Assembly (NCBI GenBank): GCA_000320545.1
Contig: ADNK01002322.1
Span: forward strand, 1-33,705
DNA: 33,705 bases
Reading direction: 5' to 3'
Origin: Bigelowiella natans CCMP2755
Taxonomy: Eukaryota > Protista > Cercozoa
Each line of letters opens with the position of its first letter. Positions within the stretch are counted from its first letter, which is position 1. Below are positions 11,082 to 22,647 of this stretch, in pieces. The translations under genes were made by a program, and so were the position numbers. The notes beneath the pieces were generated by a model. That model did not search any database, was not told where the DNA came from, and was given only the letters and a program-made list of their open reading frames with translations.

Positions 11082-13282
11082 CCAAGCACAAACGCCAAAA
11101 TTATACCTCTTCCTTGCTGGCCTGGATCTCGTTTTTCATCGCCTGCAGCTTGAGCTCGACATTAGAGCTGACATCTCCGCTCAGATGATTTCCCGTCGCG
11201 AACTTGTCTACAGCACCTGTGACACGGCTGTCAAGCGTACTCAACTGCTCCTTAAGAGTGCCTGTGGTCTCCCGCATGCTTTTATATAGGCTCTCCATTC
11301 GCTGTGAGAAACAACAACGAGAGGGATGGAGAAGGATGAATCTTGCTTTTTTTTTAGTATGTTCTCCCGCATACACATTCCCGGGTGTGCGACGATGCAA
11401 ACTGAGAACCGATTCTCCCGAAGGAGAGTCCGCGCTTATCATCTCGCGTAATAGCGTGAGGCACCACGGTGGCATACATGTACTCGATCCCCCATTAAAT
11501 TACATCGTGCAACGGGTAAAAGGGATGCATGTATGCATACTCAATTTGAAAATTGAAGAGTATCACACGCTCCGTCATGCCAACAGCCACTACCTGATCA
11601 ATAGACGCAGAAGTCCTGCTGGCTTGGCTTTGCATCGCTTCTGAAACCTTAACGTCAATCTTCGTAGATATGGTCGACGTCAGAGAACTCAAGCGCTTCT
11701 CCAGCATCTCAATGCCCTGCTTGTGCCCAGCAACCTTGAGTTTGGTCTCTAGGTCTTTGAGTTTGGTCTCTAGGTCTGAATTATAGTTGCTCGCTAATCG
11801 TTGCGTCGCCTGGACCTGTGGGGAAAGGAAGGGGGGGGAAGGGAGGGGAAGGGGGGGGGGGGGAGCAAAGGAAGTGTTTCAGAAGTTACATGGTTCTTAA
11901 CAGCGTCAAGTTCATAATGACTTCGGTGGTACGATACATTTGCAGATTATAAATCATCGATGAAGGCACGAGGCAGATAATATGCGTTGAATACGACCTC
12001 TCACTCACCAATGCCACCCACACAAATATAGTGACACACGCACCCGTACACCCGAGGGGAGATCAGCGGGTGGGGGTAAAGAGGGGAAGATTATACTCTT
12101 CGATAAAATTACCCAAGAATGCGCGTCTACGTTCTCTCCTCTCAACGACTAGTAACTAACTAAAAATGAAGAATCCACCTCGTCGCCGTGCGATTTTTGA
12201 GCCGCGTCGAACTTGGTGAGCTTACTGTGCATGAGGTTCTCAAACTTCTGCAAGTCCCTCGTTATCTTGCTTCTCTCCCTCTCTCCCTTCTCTTTTAAGG
12301 CCTCCGTGCTCCGCTCCAGGCTGTCAAGCTGATGGAAGCACGGCATGGGGAGGGGGGGGGGGGAGGGCAATATATTAGTGGCGGCGACATAGTAGAATAT
12401 ACGCTAGCATATCTGGAACGGACGCTGCGAGAATCGGCAGACAAATCATAACTATTTACCTGTTTCTGCCTGGTATGCATATCCACACGTAGCTCGTGGC
12501 CTAGCTCCTCCACCTTGCGCTTACAATCGACGATACTCTCGCCACGCTTCGATGATTCACTGAGTGCAGCCTCTAACTTCTTCCGGTCCGCCTCTCTTCC
12601 CATCTCTGCCTTCCGAGCCAGTGCCACTGCCTCCTGGGCTTGCGACTCTGACTTTTCAGCGCGGAGAGAAAGCTTATCCACTGCTAATCTAAGCTCGCCG
12701 ACCCGTTCCTCCACCAGCTTCTGCAGCTGCTCGCGCTATGTGATGGTTGGAGGGGAGAGGGATATATAAGGGGGGGAAGGGGGGGTTGCGTTGGAAGGTA
12801 AGTTAGTACGCGATTCGGCTTTTCGGTTATGATTCTCTACCCCGTGTTGGGGAAAAACTGCTACATTGTGTACGGAATTCAACTGGAAGATCGTTTCTAT
12901 TTTCATTTGCAACCTCTATTTTATCTGCCTCCTGTGCCTTGTGCTGATGGGCAAGGTTCTCATCGACAACAGAGTGAAGCTCCACGAGCGTCGTATTGAG
13001 ACGCACGTGCTCCTCCGATATGTCTCGCACCGAAGCAAGCAGATTTCGTTCGGTGCTCTTCTTCAGCTCCTGCAGCTGCTCCTCAAACTGCTCCTCCACC
13101 GCCTCTTGACGCTTCTTCTGCATTTGCATCATTTGTCGGATCTGTGTGCACAATATACTTGTGCTTAGCTTTTTGAATCTTACCTACGCGAGACAACCAG
13201 GCCCCCTCCCTCCCTCCCTTTAAAAAAAAAAAACTCCAAGAAATCTCTATTCTCGGAGCATAGTCTCCACAACAAACATAAG

Positions 13283-13351
<69 letters not shown>

Positions 13352-14022
13352 GCTGTGCTACTTCCCCTTCCCCCCCCTCCCCCCTTCTATCCTCTACCAT
13401 ACCTTCTCGTCAAATTCGAGGGACTGCTGCTCGTGACTGGTTCGCGTGGAGCTCTGCAGTGCTCTTAGCTCTGAGGAGAGACGGTCCACGGTGCTTTGCA
13501 GCCGCTCGATAGCGTCCCCAGTACTGGCGTTTCGAGTCTTCTCATCGTGGGATATTCGGCTGATATTCAGCTCGTTCTGCTCTATTTTCCCAGCAAGATC
13601 AGCAAAGTCGTGCTCCGAGAATTTGGAGGCCGCGGCCTGGCACTGCTTCAGGTCTACGTTCATCCCGTTCACCTTCTGTGCGACGCGGTCGATGCTCATA
13701 GCTTGCTCTCTAATCCCATTTCTATTGCGCTCTCCTTCCCTCTTAACCTGCGTGATCTGAGCGGAGATGCGCTGGTGGAGCTGGTTGGAATCTTCCACCG
13801 TGTTGGCCAGTTTCAGTTTAAGCTGTGCTTCGAGATCGTTGCTGGACGGGCCAGAGGGGGGGGAGGGAGATGGGGGAGGAGCACACAGTGGCGATTTTGT
13901 TCCAGGTATTGTATTGAAACTTATGTTCGATGATTCCAGGTACAGTCGGCGCAATAGTATTTAAAGGCGCGATTTTCAAGCACAACACACGCACGCACAC
14001 AGCGAACATACAATATAAATTT

Positions 14023-14068
<46 letters not shown>

Positions 14069-14773
14069 GTGTGTGCCTCGTATAATAAGATATATGATTT
14101 AGAAGATATGAATGTATGGATATACGCATTCTGCTGTTCTGTTTCCTTTTACCTATTCGATCGGATTATGCGGAGCATGTCCTCTCGAAGATTCTCGATT
14201 CGCTTCACAGCGTTCTTGAATGCCCCCTCTATATCGCCTACCATGCGTTCGCGGAACGCCGATGAGTCGCTCTCAACCTACATGTGAAACGGTTGCACTC
14301 ATATTACGATTACTGTGCGTAGCACATAATAAGCTGCTGCCTCTTCACATTGTGCATCACCGCACCACCTTATCGAGCCGAATACTCAGCTCCGTGTCTT
14401 TTGGGAAAGAAGCGGCGATAGCCCCCCTTGCGCTTGAGGGAGGCTTTTCGTACCACGCTTCCATTGGAGCCAGAGGGGGGGCGGATTGGTTGTAAGCTTG
14501 TCGCTGGAAGCTCTTCGTTGGGGCTGGGGATACTGGCAGCTGCCGTTCTCGGTAAAACCCACCTTTGGGTGTTAAAAGAATCGCCGTTAATTTTTCGTTC
14601 TCCGCTTTCGTTTCAATGATGTGATTCTCGCGTTTTTCCTTTTCTTTTTTTTTTTCAAAGCTAGAGATACCACGTAACAATGCACATCTAAAAGATACGC
14701 TATGCCTAGTTGGAACTCCGAAACAATACTCACACCTCCCCCCCCACAACACACACAAATTATGTATATAAGA

Positions 14774-14805
<32 letters not shown>

Positions 14806-15114
14806 GGTGGGTAGGTGGGGTCTGTACGTGTCCACATTCATAGTGTGCATTTTATGAGTCCACATGTGAATACATGCAACCCACGTATCATCACTGAACA
14901 GGAACAGCAACCCACCGCTGCTCATCCGAGGAGAGGCGATAGATTCGTTAAGGACGGTAGAGGTCATGCGCAGGTCATTCTGGGTGTCCATCGCGGCTTC
15001 GGACGGCTCGTCGATTTTGTAGTTGAGGTGCTTCTCGGTCTCACTCAACAAGTAGCTCATGGTGTTCTTGAACTCGCCATACCTCCGCCTCGATGGCGAA
15101 GCAGTGCCGTGCAT
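8757..15114 (-). CDS. Large multi-exon coiled-coil protein with a low-complexity acidic C-terminus, function unknown
   Basis: A chain of minus-strand ORF segments with E/K/Q/L-rich heptads (13880-13403, 13141-12915, 12737-12459, 12325-12178, 11815-11592, 11310-11106, 10941-10740 and others), bordered by GT/AG and separated by microsatellite-bearing introns. Starts MHGTASPSRRR at 15114; the likely last exon ends ..GSWDSDDDGELF* at 8757. Confidence 0.75.
13286..13348. repeat. Intronic compound microsatellite (CA)n(TA)n
   Basis: Directly visible. Other (TA)n tracts at ~14027-14065, 18009-18060, 32246-32279 and 33095-33123. Confidence 0.95.
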
Positions 15115-15755
15115 GCCTTGCTGTGCTATGCGCCTAGCGCTCCCTTTTTAAAGCAGCACCTGAGAGAGTGTTGCTGAGTGAAATTCGACGCGATTTGTAG
15201 TTCCATAATCACTCGGAACTGATCTTAGGATGCTTCATAATTCCCGTAAAGCATCATTCCTACCATACTCTACAATGCCTTGTCTTTCTAAATTCCCACA
15301 CCCTCCTCACACCCCCCCCCCCCTCCCCCCACTTTGCTGCCCCTTCCCCTCATGCAACCGAAAACCAGCAAGATCTAACTGACAATCTCGTCTGCACACA
15401 ACAGCTGGATCTGCAGCCTGTCCTGCGGTTTGCTATTGAGATTTTGTTGCAAAAATCGTAATTCAGTGTTGTCGCGGGGATAAAATCGAAGCGATAATCA
15501 AACAATCGGAGTGCCAACCGCGCCCATGTAGCCGGTAACCGAAAAGCAGCGTCTTGCATCGGAACGACTTTCCTGCTTTCCTGAGGTTGACTTAGGACAT
15601 TTTACCCGGGATATTTCCTCTAGTAAAACGCGTCTAAGACAGCGAATTCGCTCCGATTACAGGGACGGTTGTAGGGGGATTATGGAAAAACAAATGTTGA
15701 GATTCAAACCGCAAATTTCGTAACAATTCTGACAGAGAAACTCCATTCTTCGAGC
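15115..15755. promoter_or_regulatory. Putative bidirectional promoter (coiled-coil gene / SFC1)
   Basis: About 640 bp between divergent start codons. Positional inference only. Confidence 0.45.
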
Positions 15756-16797
15756 ATGGCCGCGTCGAGGCCAGGCTCGTCGACGTCGCCAGCGCCGACG
15801 GCCCCCCACCCCCGGAACAGCCCAGGCAGCATGAACACTGCGACGAGGAGTATGGCAGCTGGAGCATTAGCTGGAGCGTGCGAGGCAACTGCAACTTGTC
15901 CGCTCGACACGATCAAGGTTTCTTTTCTTTCGTCGGGTAGGGAGGGGGGAGATACTGAGGATGCCTGGCCTCTCCAGGTTAGGATGCAGGCCGAATTGAC
16001 GGGGGGGAGGAATAGGGCTGGCATCTTGAGAACAGGTATTGGAAGTGTTTGCGACTATATCGCCTCAAAGCTGTTCTCAGAATGGCATTCCTGGGAATAC
16101 AACTAGGCATATCGATCGCACGCAACGAAGGGTTCCTAGCTCTTTGGAAGGGATGGACCCCTCTTGTTCTGGGAGTAATGGTAAACCGATACCATTGTCA
16201 TCTCCGCTCACCAAACTCGAATAGATCGTGGCATCCTGCCCGAATAATATGTGAGAATGAAAGCTGATATACTTCTCTGATGCAACTTGTTGTGGGGTGA
16301 CGTGACACCTGGATGGGGGGCAAAGATTAAGAAGGCAATTCGATTTTCTAGCTTCTCGAAGTTCAAAGCGGCATTTTCAAATAAGGTAGCACCCAACAGC
16401 GGTCTTGTCGTGGTGCATAATCATGTTGCAAGCAGCCTAGTCTCTTCTGTCCTGTTTATCACCTCTGTTCGTGTTGACCCATGCTCATATGGGCGCGCCG
16501 CCTGGCCATCGTCGCTTCGGAAGGAGGGTAAGTTATCCAGTCCTATGACATTTCTCGGAGGCATGCTCGCAGGCTGTATAGAGACTCTCACAGGTGCGTG
16601 CTGGTACATAGAGCGCCTATTTAGAGAAGACTATGCGCGTATACGTAAATGGATGTGTGCGCGCTGGTGGAAAGTGTGGTATTGGCATGCACGCTTTGTC
16701 GCTGTTGAGCCCCTTGAATTTAAATGCTGCCAGTTGTCACCCCCTCTGAGATGGTCAAGATTCGCATGCAGACAGCACAAGGTTAAAACGCATGTTT

Positions 16798-16837
<40 letters not shown>

Positions 16838-17078
16838 GAAAGGGGGAGGGGTTAGCAGAGAGAAGGCCATTTGCGATAGCACCATACACGGACTTCGTTT
16901 TTCCTTCTACAATACGCTTTAGGAAAGACCTCTGGGGCTTTGTCGTCGTCGTCGGTCTTCACGGTGATACGACACATAGTACAGACCGAGGTACTTTCTT
17001 CCAACCACAGCCTTTCCATGATGATGATGAAGAGGATGAAGATTTCAATATACCTCTGCAAAGATTCTCTTTAAACTT

Positions 17079-17124
<46 letters not shown>

Positions 17125-18008
17125 TGTGTGTTTCTCTCTCTTCGACTCTTCCGATTAAGCGCAACAGTGTTCCCTTCATAGCTCCACGTTCTATTTCAAT
17201 ACACGTCCTCACTCGTCTTATCTCCACAGGGCGTAGGATCTCTCTACAAAGGAATGGCGCCCACCCTGGTGCGACAGACGACCAATCAAGGTATAGTGTT
17301 TTTCGATGCATACACACCTCTTTGCCGCCTTTCCCCCGATGTGTGTTGACGATTCACAATTATCATACTGAGACTGTCAATCTGACTTATGATTCATCAC
17401 CAGGTTGCCGATTTCTCATGTATGGCCGTGTAATGGATGAAATGCGCCAACGCGACGCCGAAAATAAAAGAAGGTCGCCCACGGATGAAGATGCAACCTA
17501 ATGATGGCAGAATACGTGTTGTGTAGATATGCTTGTGTGTGTCTGTGTGTCTGTGTGTCTGTGTGTCTGTGTGTCTGTCTGTGTGTGTGTGTGTGTGATA
17601 TGCACATTTCTGGTAAGTCTTCTGCAAATTACCTATGCATTTAAGCTTGTACTGATTCATACGACACGTATCAATTAATGGTGGTGATCATTATGATATG
17701 CAGATACTGGCACTCATTCTTGGCCGGAGGGATTGCAGGCGGAGTCAATGTGTATATTAACACCCCCGCTGATGTAGTAAAAACTAGGATGCAGAATCAA
17801 GTCAGCAATCTTCGGGTCGCGACGACTCATATAGATGCTACGACCTCCGCGCCACCGAAGGTACCTGCTGCTGGGGTGAATGCTGTTTGTATGATTGGGG
17901 GTTGTGCGGTTGGAAGGTGTAGCGTTTTTCTCTCGCAGTTTTCTTTTTGACTGTCTATACATTAGTCCGATTTGTCAAATGATCTACTTGAGCAACACAT
18001 ATTATGTG

Positions 18009-18065
<57 letters not shown>

Positions 18066-18332
18066 GTTTGTGTTTGTGTGTGTGAGTATTCGCGAGGATA
18101 TCATGCATTGATTTACTTCTTGTCGTTGCTTACTCTTTCTCATGGATATATTTTTACCTTTTAGATGATTTACACTTCGAGCTGGGACTGTTTGATAAGA
18201 ACGGCACGAAATGAAGGCGTCCTGGCCTTGTGGAAAGGTTCTAAAGCGCGCGTAGTTCGATTAGTACCGGGCCAGGCGATAACCTTCGGCGCATTTGGTT
18301 TCTTTGAAAGTTTTCTTAGCAGACATATTTAG
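15756..18332 (+). CDS. SFC1: Mitochondrial carrier (SLC25), succinate/fumarate carrier-like, about 11 exons
   Basis: Three PX[D/E]XX[K/R] motifs: CPLDTIK|VRMQ, TPSEMVKIRMQ, TPADVVKTRMQ. Contact-point motifs KKAIRF, RQTTNQ and RLVPGQAITF match the Sfc1-type KMAIRF, RQATNQ and RVAPGQAVTF. Stop TAG at 18330-18332. Confidence 0.9.
17535..17597. repeat. (TCTGTGTG)n/(TG)n intronic tandem repeat
   Basis: Directly visible in an SFC1 intron. Confidence 0.9.
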
Positions 18333-19044
18333 CCAGCAAGTAGTGTCCATTACACTGTAAGAATGTATAGTTTGAACTTGTAAGACGGATTTAATCAATC
18401 AAATTAAATTTGTTCAATGCTAGAATGGTTATAGGGACTACATAGTCCATATACGTATGGTCATCCTTATGTAGCTTGTAATGATATGGTTAAATCTTTT
18501 CAATCGCTTGTGCAAAGCATAAATCATCGCTGCCTACGTGGCTGCGCATGAATGCTATATAGACGGCATGATGCACTGCACAATAAACACACTATGTCTA
18601 TTATAATGTGTGCATGTGAGCATGTAAGGCATAAGCTAGTAGCCCTCCTACGCACACGCATAGCTGCGTAGCCATGCGCGTATTTATTGAGACCATTATG
18701 ACCTTGCGTTACCCGCCGGCTGCACGCACACACGTGACAACAAACTGCGATCCTCACTGCGCTCACGCCCACTCTACGCTACACAGTATATATCACAAAC
18801 TATCTAGCTATGCTTAGTTATTCATGCATTTATTTGTCTAAAATAGTTATGAAAGACACCGCGACGTGCATTGTTGTCATGGTGTGCGATATGTGCTGAA
18901 TTTATTGCGCCTATCAATTCATGTCGAAAACTATAATAAAAACATAGACAGGCTGTTGCAAATCAAGGCAAAGGAGCATATCCGCAAAGCAAACAAGATT
19001 GAATTCTATGTTATACGATACATTAGACGAACGCCAAGCATGTT

Positions 19045-19980
19045 CTATGATCGTTTCAGGATATGTGTTTTAGCCTGCTTTGCTCTACCCCGAGTTTGTT
19101 TTTTGGCCTGTAAAAATTGACACATGTGTGAGAGCTTGAGATCAGGAAGATGCCTGCTCCAATTAAGACCACCTATCCACACGCTCTCTGCATGCATCAT
19201 AAATCTGTAATCAACCTGTAAGTTCCCATTGACGGCATGGAGAATCTGTTTCAGGCTGGTAGCAAACAGCAGCAGTTAATACCGGTGGTGGGTGTGGGTT
19301 TGAATATAACCTAAGATTTCCTACTCATTCCATGCCTCACTCTTTCCCCCACATGCAACGTTGTCACGCAAGCAGCTACTTCTACGCACCTTGTCTCCAG
19401 CACCATTCCTCCCATCACTATTTCATCCAGAATGTAGTTCACCTTCGCATAGAGAGCAAAAAACACAATCATTCCAGGCGGTGTGCGGTGTGGTTGATGG
19501 GAATTCATCTTGTATCTTGCGACGGCTTGGTAATACGCATGGGTGAGCGGCGCCCAAGCGCAACGACCTTATCGGCGTAGAAGATGAGGTCAAGCTCGCA
19601 CACATTCTCGAAGCATTTGTCTAAGGCCTCCACGAAGACTTGAATCAGGTCGAGAACCTGCATGGTGTTTTGTTTTACGTCAGCACATCCATCCCCCCAT
19701 GATCTCGCGAGCGGCGTGTGCTAACAACAGGGAGAATGGCGCATGCAACAGGTTCAAGTGAGTGACCCACCCCCAGTTCGCTCTCTGAAGCATCGACTGC
19801 AAAGACGAAGTACAGCGTAGCGTAGTGCCGGTAGATGAGCTTGATGTCCTTGCCCCAGGAACCGCTGCCCTCTAGAAAGTTGCAGACCCTAATTGTATAT
19901 ACAAGAGGTTGCTCAAGAGAAGAATCAAAGTAGAAGAGAACGGTGGGATTTTGCAGGAATGGAAGCTCTCTCTCACCCCA

Positions 19981-20021
<41 letters not shown>

Positions 20022-20661
20022 ACACACACACACACACACACGCGCGCGCGCACGCACCCAGACATATACGAATACTGATTAATTAATGTAGACTTTAAGG
20101 ATACAGCCCTTTTTAGGTGGCTCGCAACCCATATTGCTCTCACGGGCCTGTCTGTCATCTACTTCCTACCTATCAGAGCGTTTCGAGAGTAGTTGAAAGC
20201 ATTCCTGAATGATCTTCTTCTGGTCATTGAATGCCTGCGCGGGTAAAAATATGGAAAGGATAGTAGCTGGTCAATTAATAATCATTTATGATACTGAGCG
20301 CATGCAAATCACTAAACTTAGTCGGTGCATGTAACAGAAATTCCCTCAGGACACCCTAATTCAAATGTGATCTAAGCATCTCTATGTTCTCTCAGGATTA
20401 AATTTATGCTTCTTATTGTTGAAAGGCCTTTGTCCGAAATGTTTTTGTGATGTAAACGTTCTGGCTTGAACAAAGGAAGCAACAGGAGAACTTCGCAAAC
20501 AGGCGACACGATGGCGTCATCTCACCCACCGGCTTATTGTAGAATCTAGCCAAACGCGCCTGTCCATAGTTGTTGATCTACACATGTGAAAAAGCAAATT
20601 TGAAGCTGTAGTCTTCTGTAAATCACATTGTGGCGCTTACTATGAGGATCGCCTCTATCAT
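19045..20661 (-). CDS. AP3S: AP-3 adaptor complex sigma (small) subunit, multi-exon
   Basis: Spliced product MIEAILI|INNYGQARLARFY..|..DQKKIIQECFQLLSKRSD|RVCNFLEGSGSWGKDIKLIYRHYATLYFVFAVDASESELG|VLDLIQVFVEALDKCFENVCELDLIFYADK|VNYILDEIVMGGMVLET. CNFLE, YRHYATLYF and DKCFENVCELDLIF are sigma-3 diagnostic. The last exon and stop (19045) are less certain. Confidence 0.93.
19985..20051. repeat. Intronic compound microsatellite (CT)n..(CA)n(CG)n
   Basis: Directly visible in an AP3S intron. Confidence 0.95.
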
Positions 20662-21034
20662 CGTGAGGGGGGTGGCACGAAGGCTCGGGTCTGAGAAGAC
20701 TCAGATTTATAAGATCTTCAGTAAAAAAAGTAAATTGAATATTGCAGAGCGGATAGCACAATTTTTGTAATAATTCAAGGTCTCACTTCATAAAAAAGCA
20801 TTGATCTTGAAAAAGACGATTCAGAAGATGCCAAATTACACCTCAGAACTTTCGGCCATTTCTCCGGAGACTACAAGAGATTCCACTCTTTGGAAATTTC
20901 CTGAAAACCGTCATTTCGCTATGAAAATCCGGGATTAGATTTGCGTCGGGTCACAGCCTTCGATTGGAGCATGCAGGCAAGAAAGAGAGGGAGGAATGGC
21001 TAGAATGCCATTCTTGATTCCTTCGGGTTTTACT

Positions 21035-21555
21035 AGTTAGTCCTCACTAAAGTTAGTTCGAGGTACTGCGTTTCGTTTCACTGCAAATGTCTTGTCACAT
21101 TTTGGAAATGCAGTTCATTGTCATTGTTCTCATTGTTCTCGTGCACGTGGAGCAGAACTTGGCACGTCTGGATCCCTTCGATGCAAACGTCTTGCAAGAC
21201 ACTTGATAATAGACACAGTAATATTATGTATAGTATATATATGGTATTACATGTCTACAATCTTGCAATGCGTTTCGTGCTTTGCAAGTGCCTTGCAACA
21301 CTTTGGAAACGTAGTTTTTCATTGTCATCTTTGTCTTTGTCTTTGCAACACTTTGGAAATGTGGTCAACACAACATTGCTAGTGTCCATTGTCAATCATC
21401 ACGTTCATCTGTTCATCGCGTTCGATTCAAGTGCAAGTCAGTCGTCACTGAAGCTAGTTCGAGGCACTGCATTTCGCACTTTGCAAGCATCGTGCAACAT
21501 TTTGGAAGTGCAGTTCTTCATCACGTTTGTTTGTTTGTTTGTTTCGATTCAAGCG
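21035..21555. repeat. Cluster of degenerate direct repeats (core tgcaacaYtttggaa)
   Basis: Copy A 21035-~21123, B 21436-~21523, partial C 21269-21328, partial D 21341-21366. In addition catcacgt..ttcgattcaag occurs at 21397-21431 and 21519-21553. Confidence 0.85.
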
Positions 21556-22647
21556 TTGAAACTGCTGGACTGCTAGACTGCCTCACTCACTCATGTCACT
21601 CATCAATTGAAAACAAACGAGTGCGTGAGCAGGCATTCCAGCATTGAACTTGCACGTTTCCGTGCAGGATCTGTCCCTGCCTGAAACTCCGCAAAGATGC
21701 CTTGGATCTGCGGTTTCACTCTGTCCATCCCTCGCAATCGTCGTGTGCATTGCTGGGTTGGTCCTTGCTTGGACCTCCGAAGTCGGGCAAGTGCCAAAGT
21801 GTTCATGCGCAACGCTTGCACGCAGTTGTCAATCCTCTCAGTGGTCACAAGCCTGCCCGTCACTGCCCCAACCACACCTCAGATTGGTTGTGGAGTTGAG
21901 ATGTTGACAGATGTGGGTACGAGTTGTGTGTTGCGTGTCATTTGGAAGGAGGGGCAAGGACGCAAGGACGCGCTTCGAGGGAAAGGACGCGCTTCAAGCT
22001 CTGGAGCTGTTGCATGCGGGTGCGACAGCGATGGCGCTGGTTGTGCTTGCTTGTCATGCATTGACACTCAGAACAGCTCTCGCTCACGCAATTGCAGATG
22101 ATGCAATGTGTGTGCAAATGAGTGAGATGTGCAACGTTTCACATGTGCACAACGTGCAGACTGTGAGACAAACACAATCTCAGCTCTGTGGCCGGATGAT
22201 GCGAGCCATGATTGGAAAAATTGCATCATTTCATTGCGTCCGTTGTCTGGTGACGTTGTTCATCATGTACATCGCATGCTGTGACATGCGTTGCTCGATC
22301 AGAGAGCCATTGTTCCGCACGCAGACACATGCGTGCACGTTGCTGCGCGCCATTCCCAGCGAAGTGTGTGCGCATTGAGTCACGGCAAAGTCTAAACAAC
22401 CCATGCAAGTCATGTTCAAGGCACAAGCAAGCTGTTGGGATCGGACTCCAATTTGTCAACAATTTTCATGGACGAAATGCAATTGCTGAATTTGAATGTG
22501 GACATGTCTAACATGAGGCACAAGCAAATTGCAGAGGATGATTCATGGATGTTCACCGCGTTGACCATGAACAATCCTAAAGCATGCATTGTGCACATGT
22601 TGCATGTTAGCACATGCGTACATCCATTGTGGTGCAGCGGATATCGT

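Noticed and set aside
19872-20158. ORFs with ERERER, CVCVCV, HTHTHT or YIYIYI runs (here and throughout)
   Set aside because: Translations of intronic microsatellites.
21035-21555. CRISPR-like repeat/spacer appearance
   Set aside because: Copies are degenerate, of unequal length and irregularly spaced; the context is eukaryotic; no cas genes.
21603-22511. Many overlapping Cys/His-rich ORFs on both strands
   Set aside because: Loss of TpA removes TAA, TAG and Tyr codons, so ORFs lengthen artefactually. No recognisable domain. A decayed element ORF cannot be excluded.
21601-22560. CpG-methylation decay or classical RIP as the cause of the TG/CA excess
   Set aside because: CpG is plentiful (about 50) and TpA is nearly absent, the opposite of what either process predicts.
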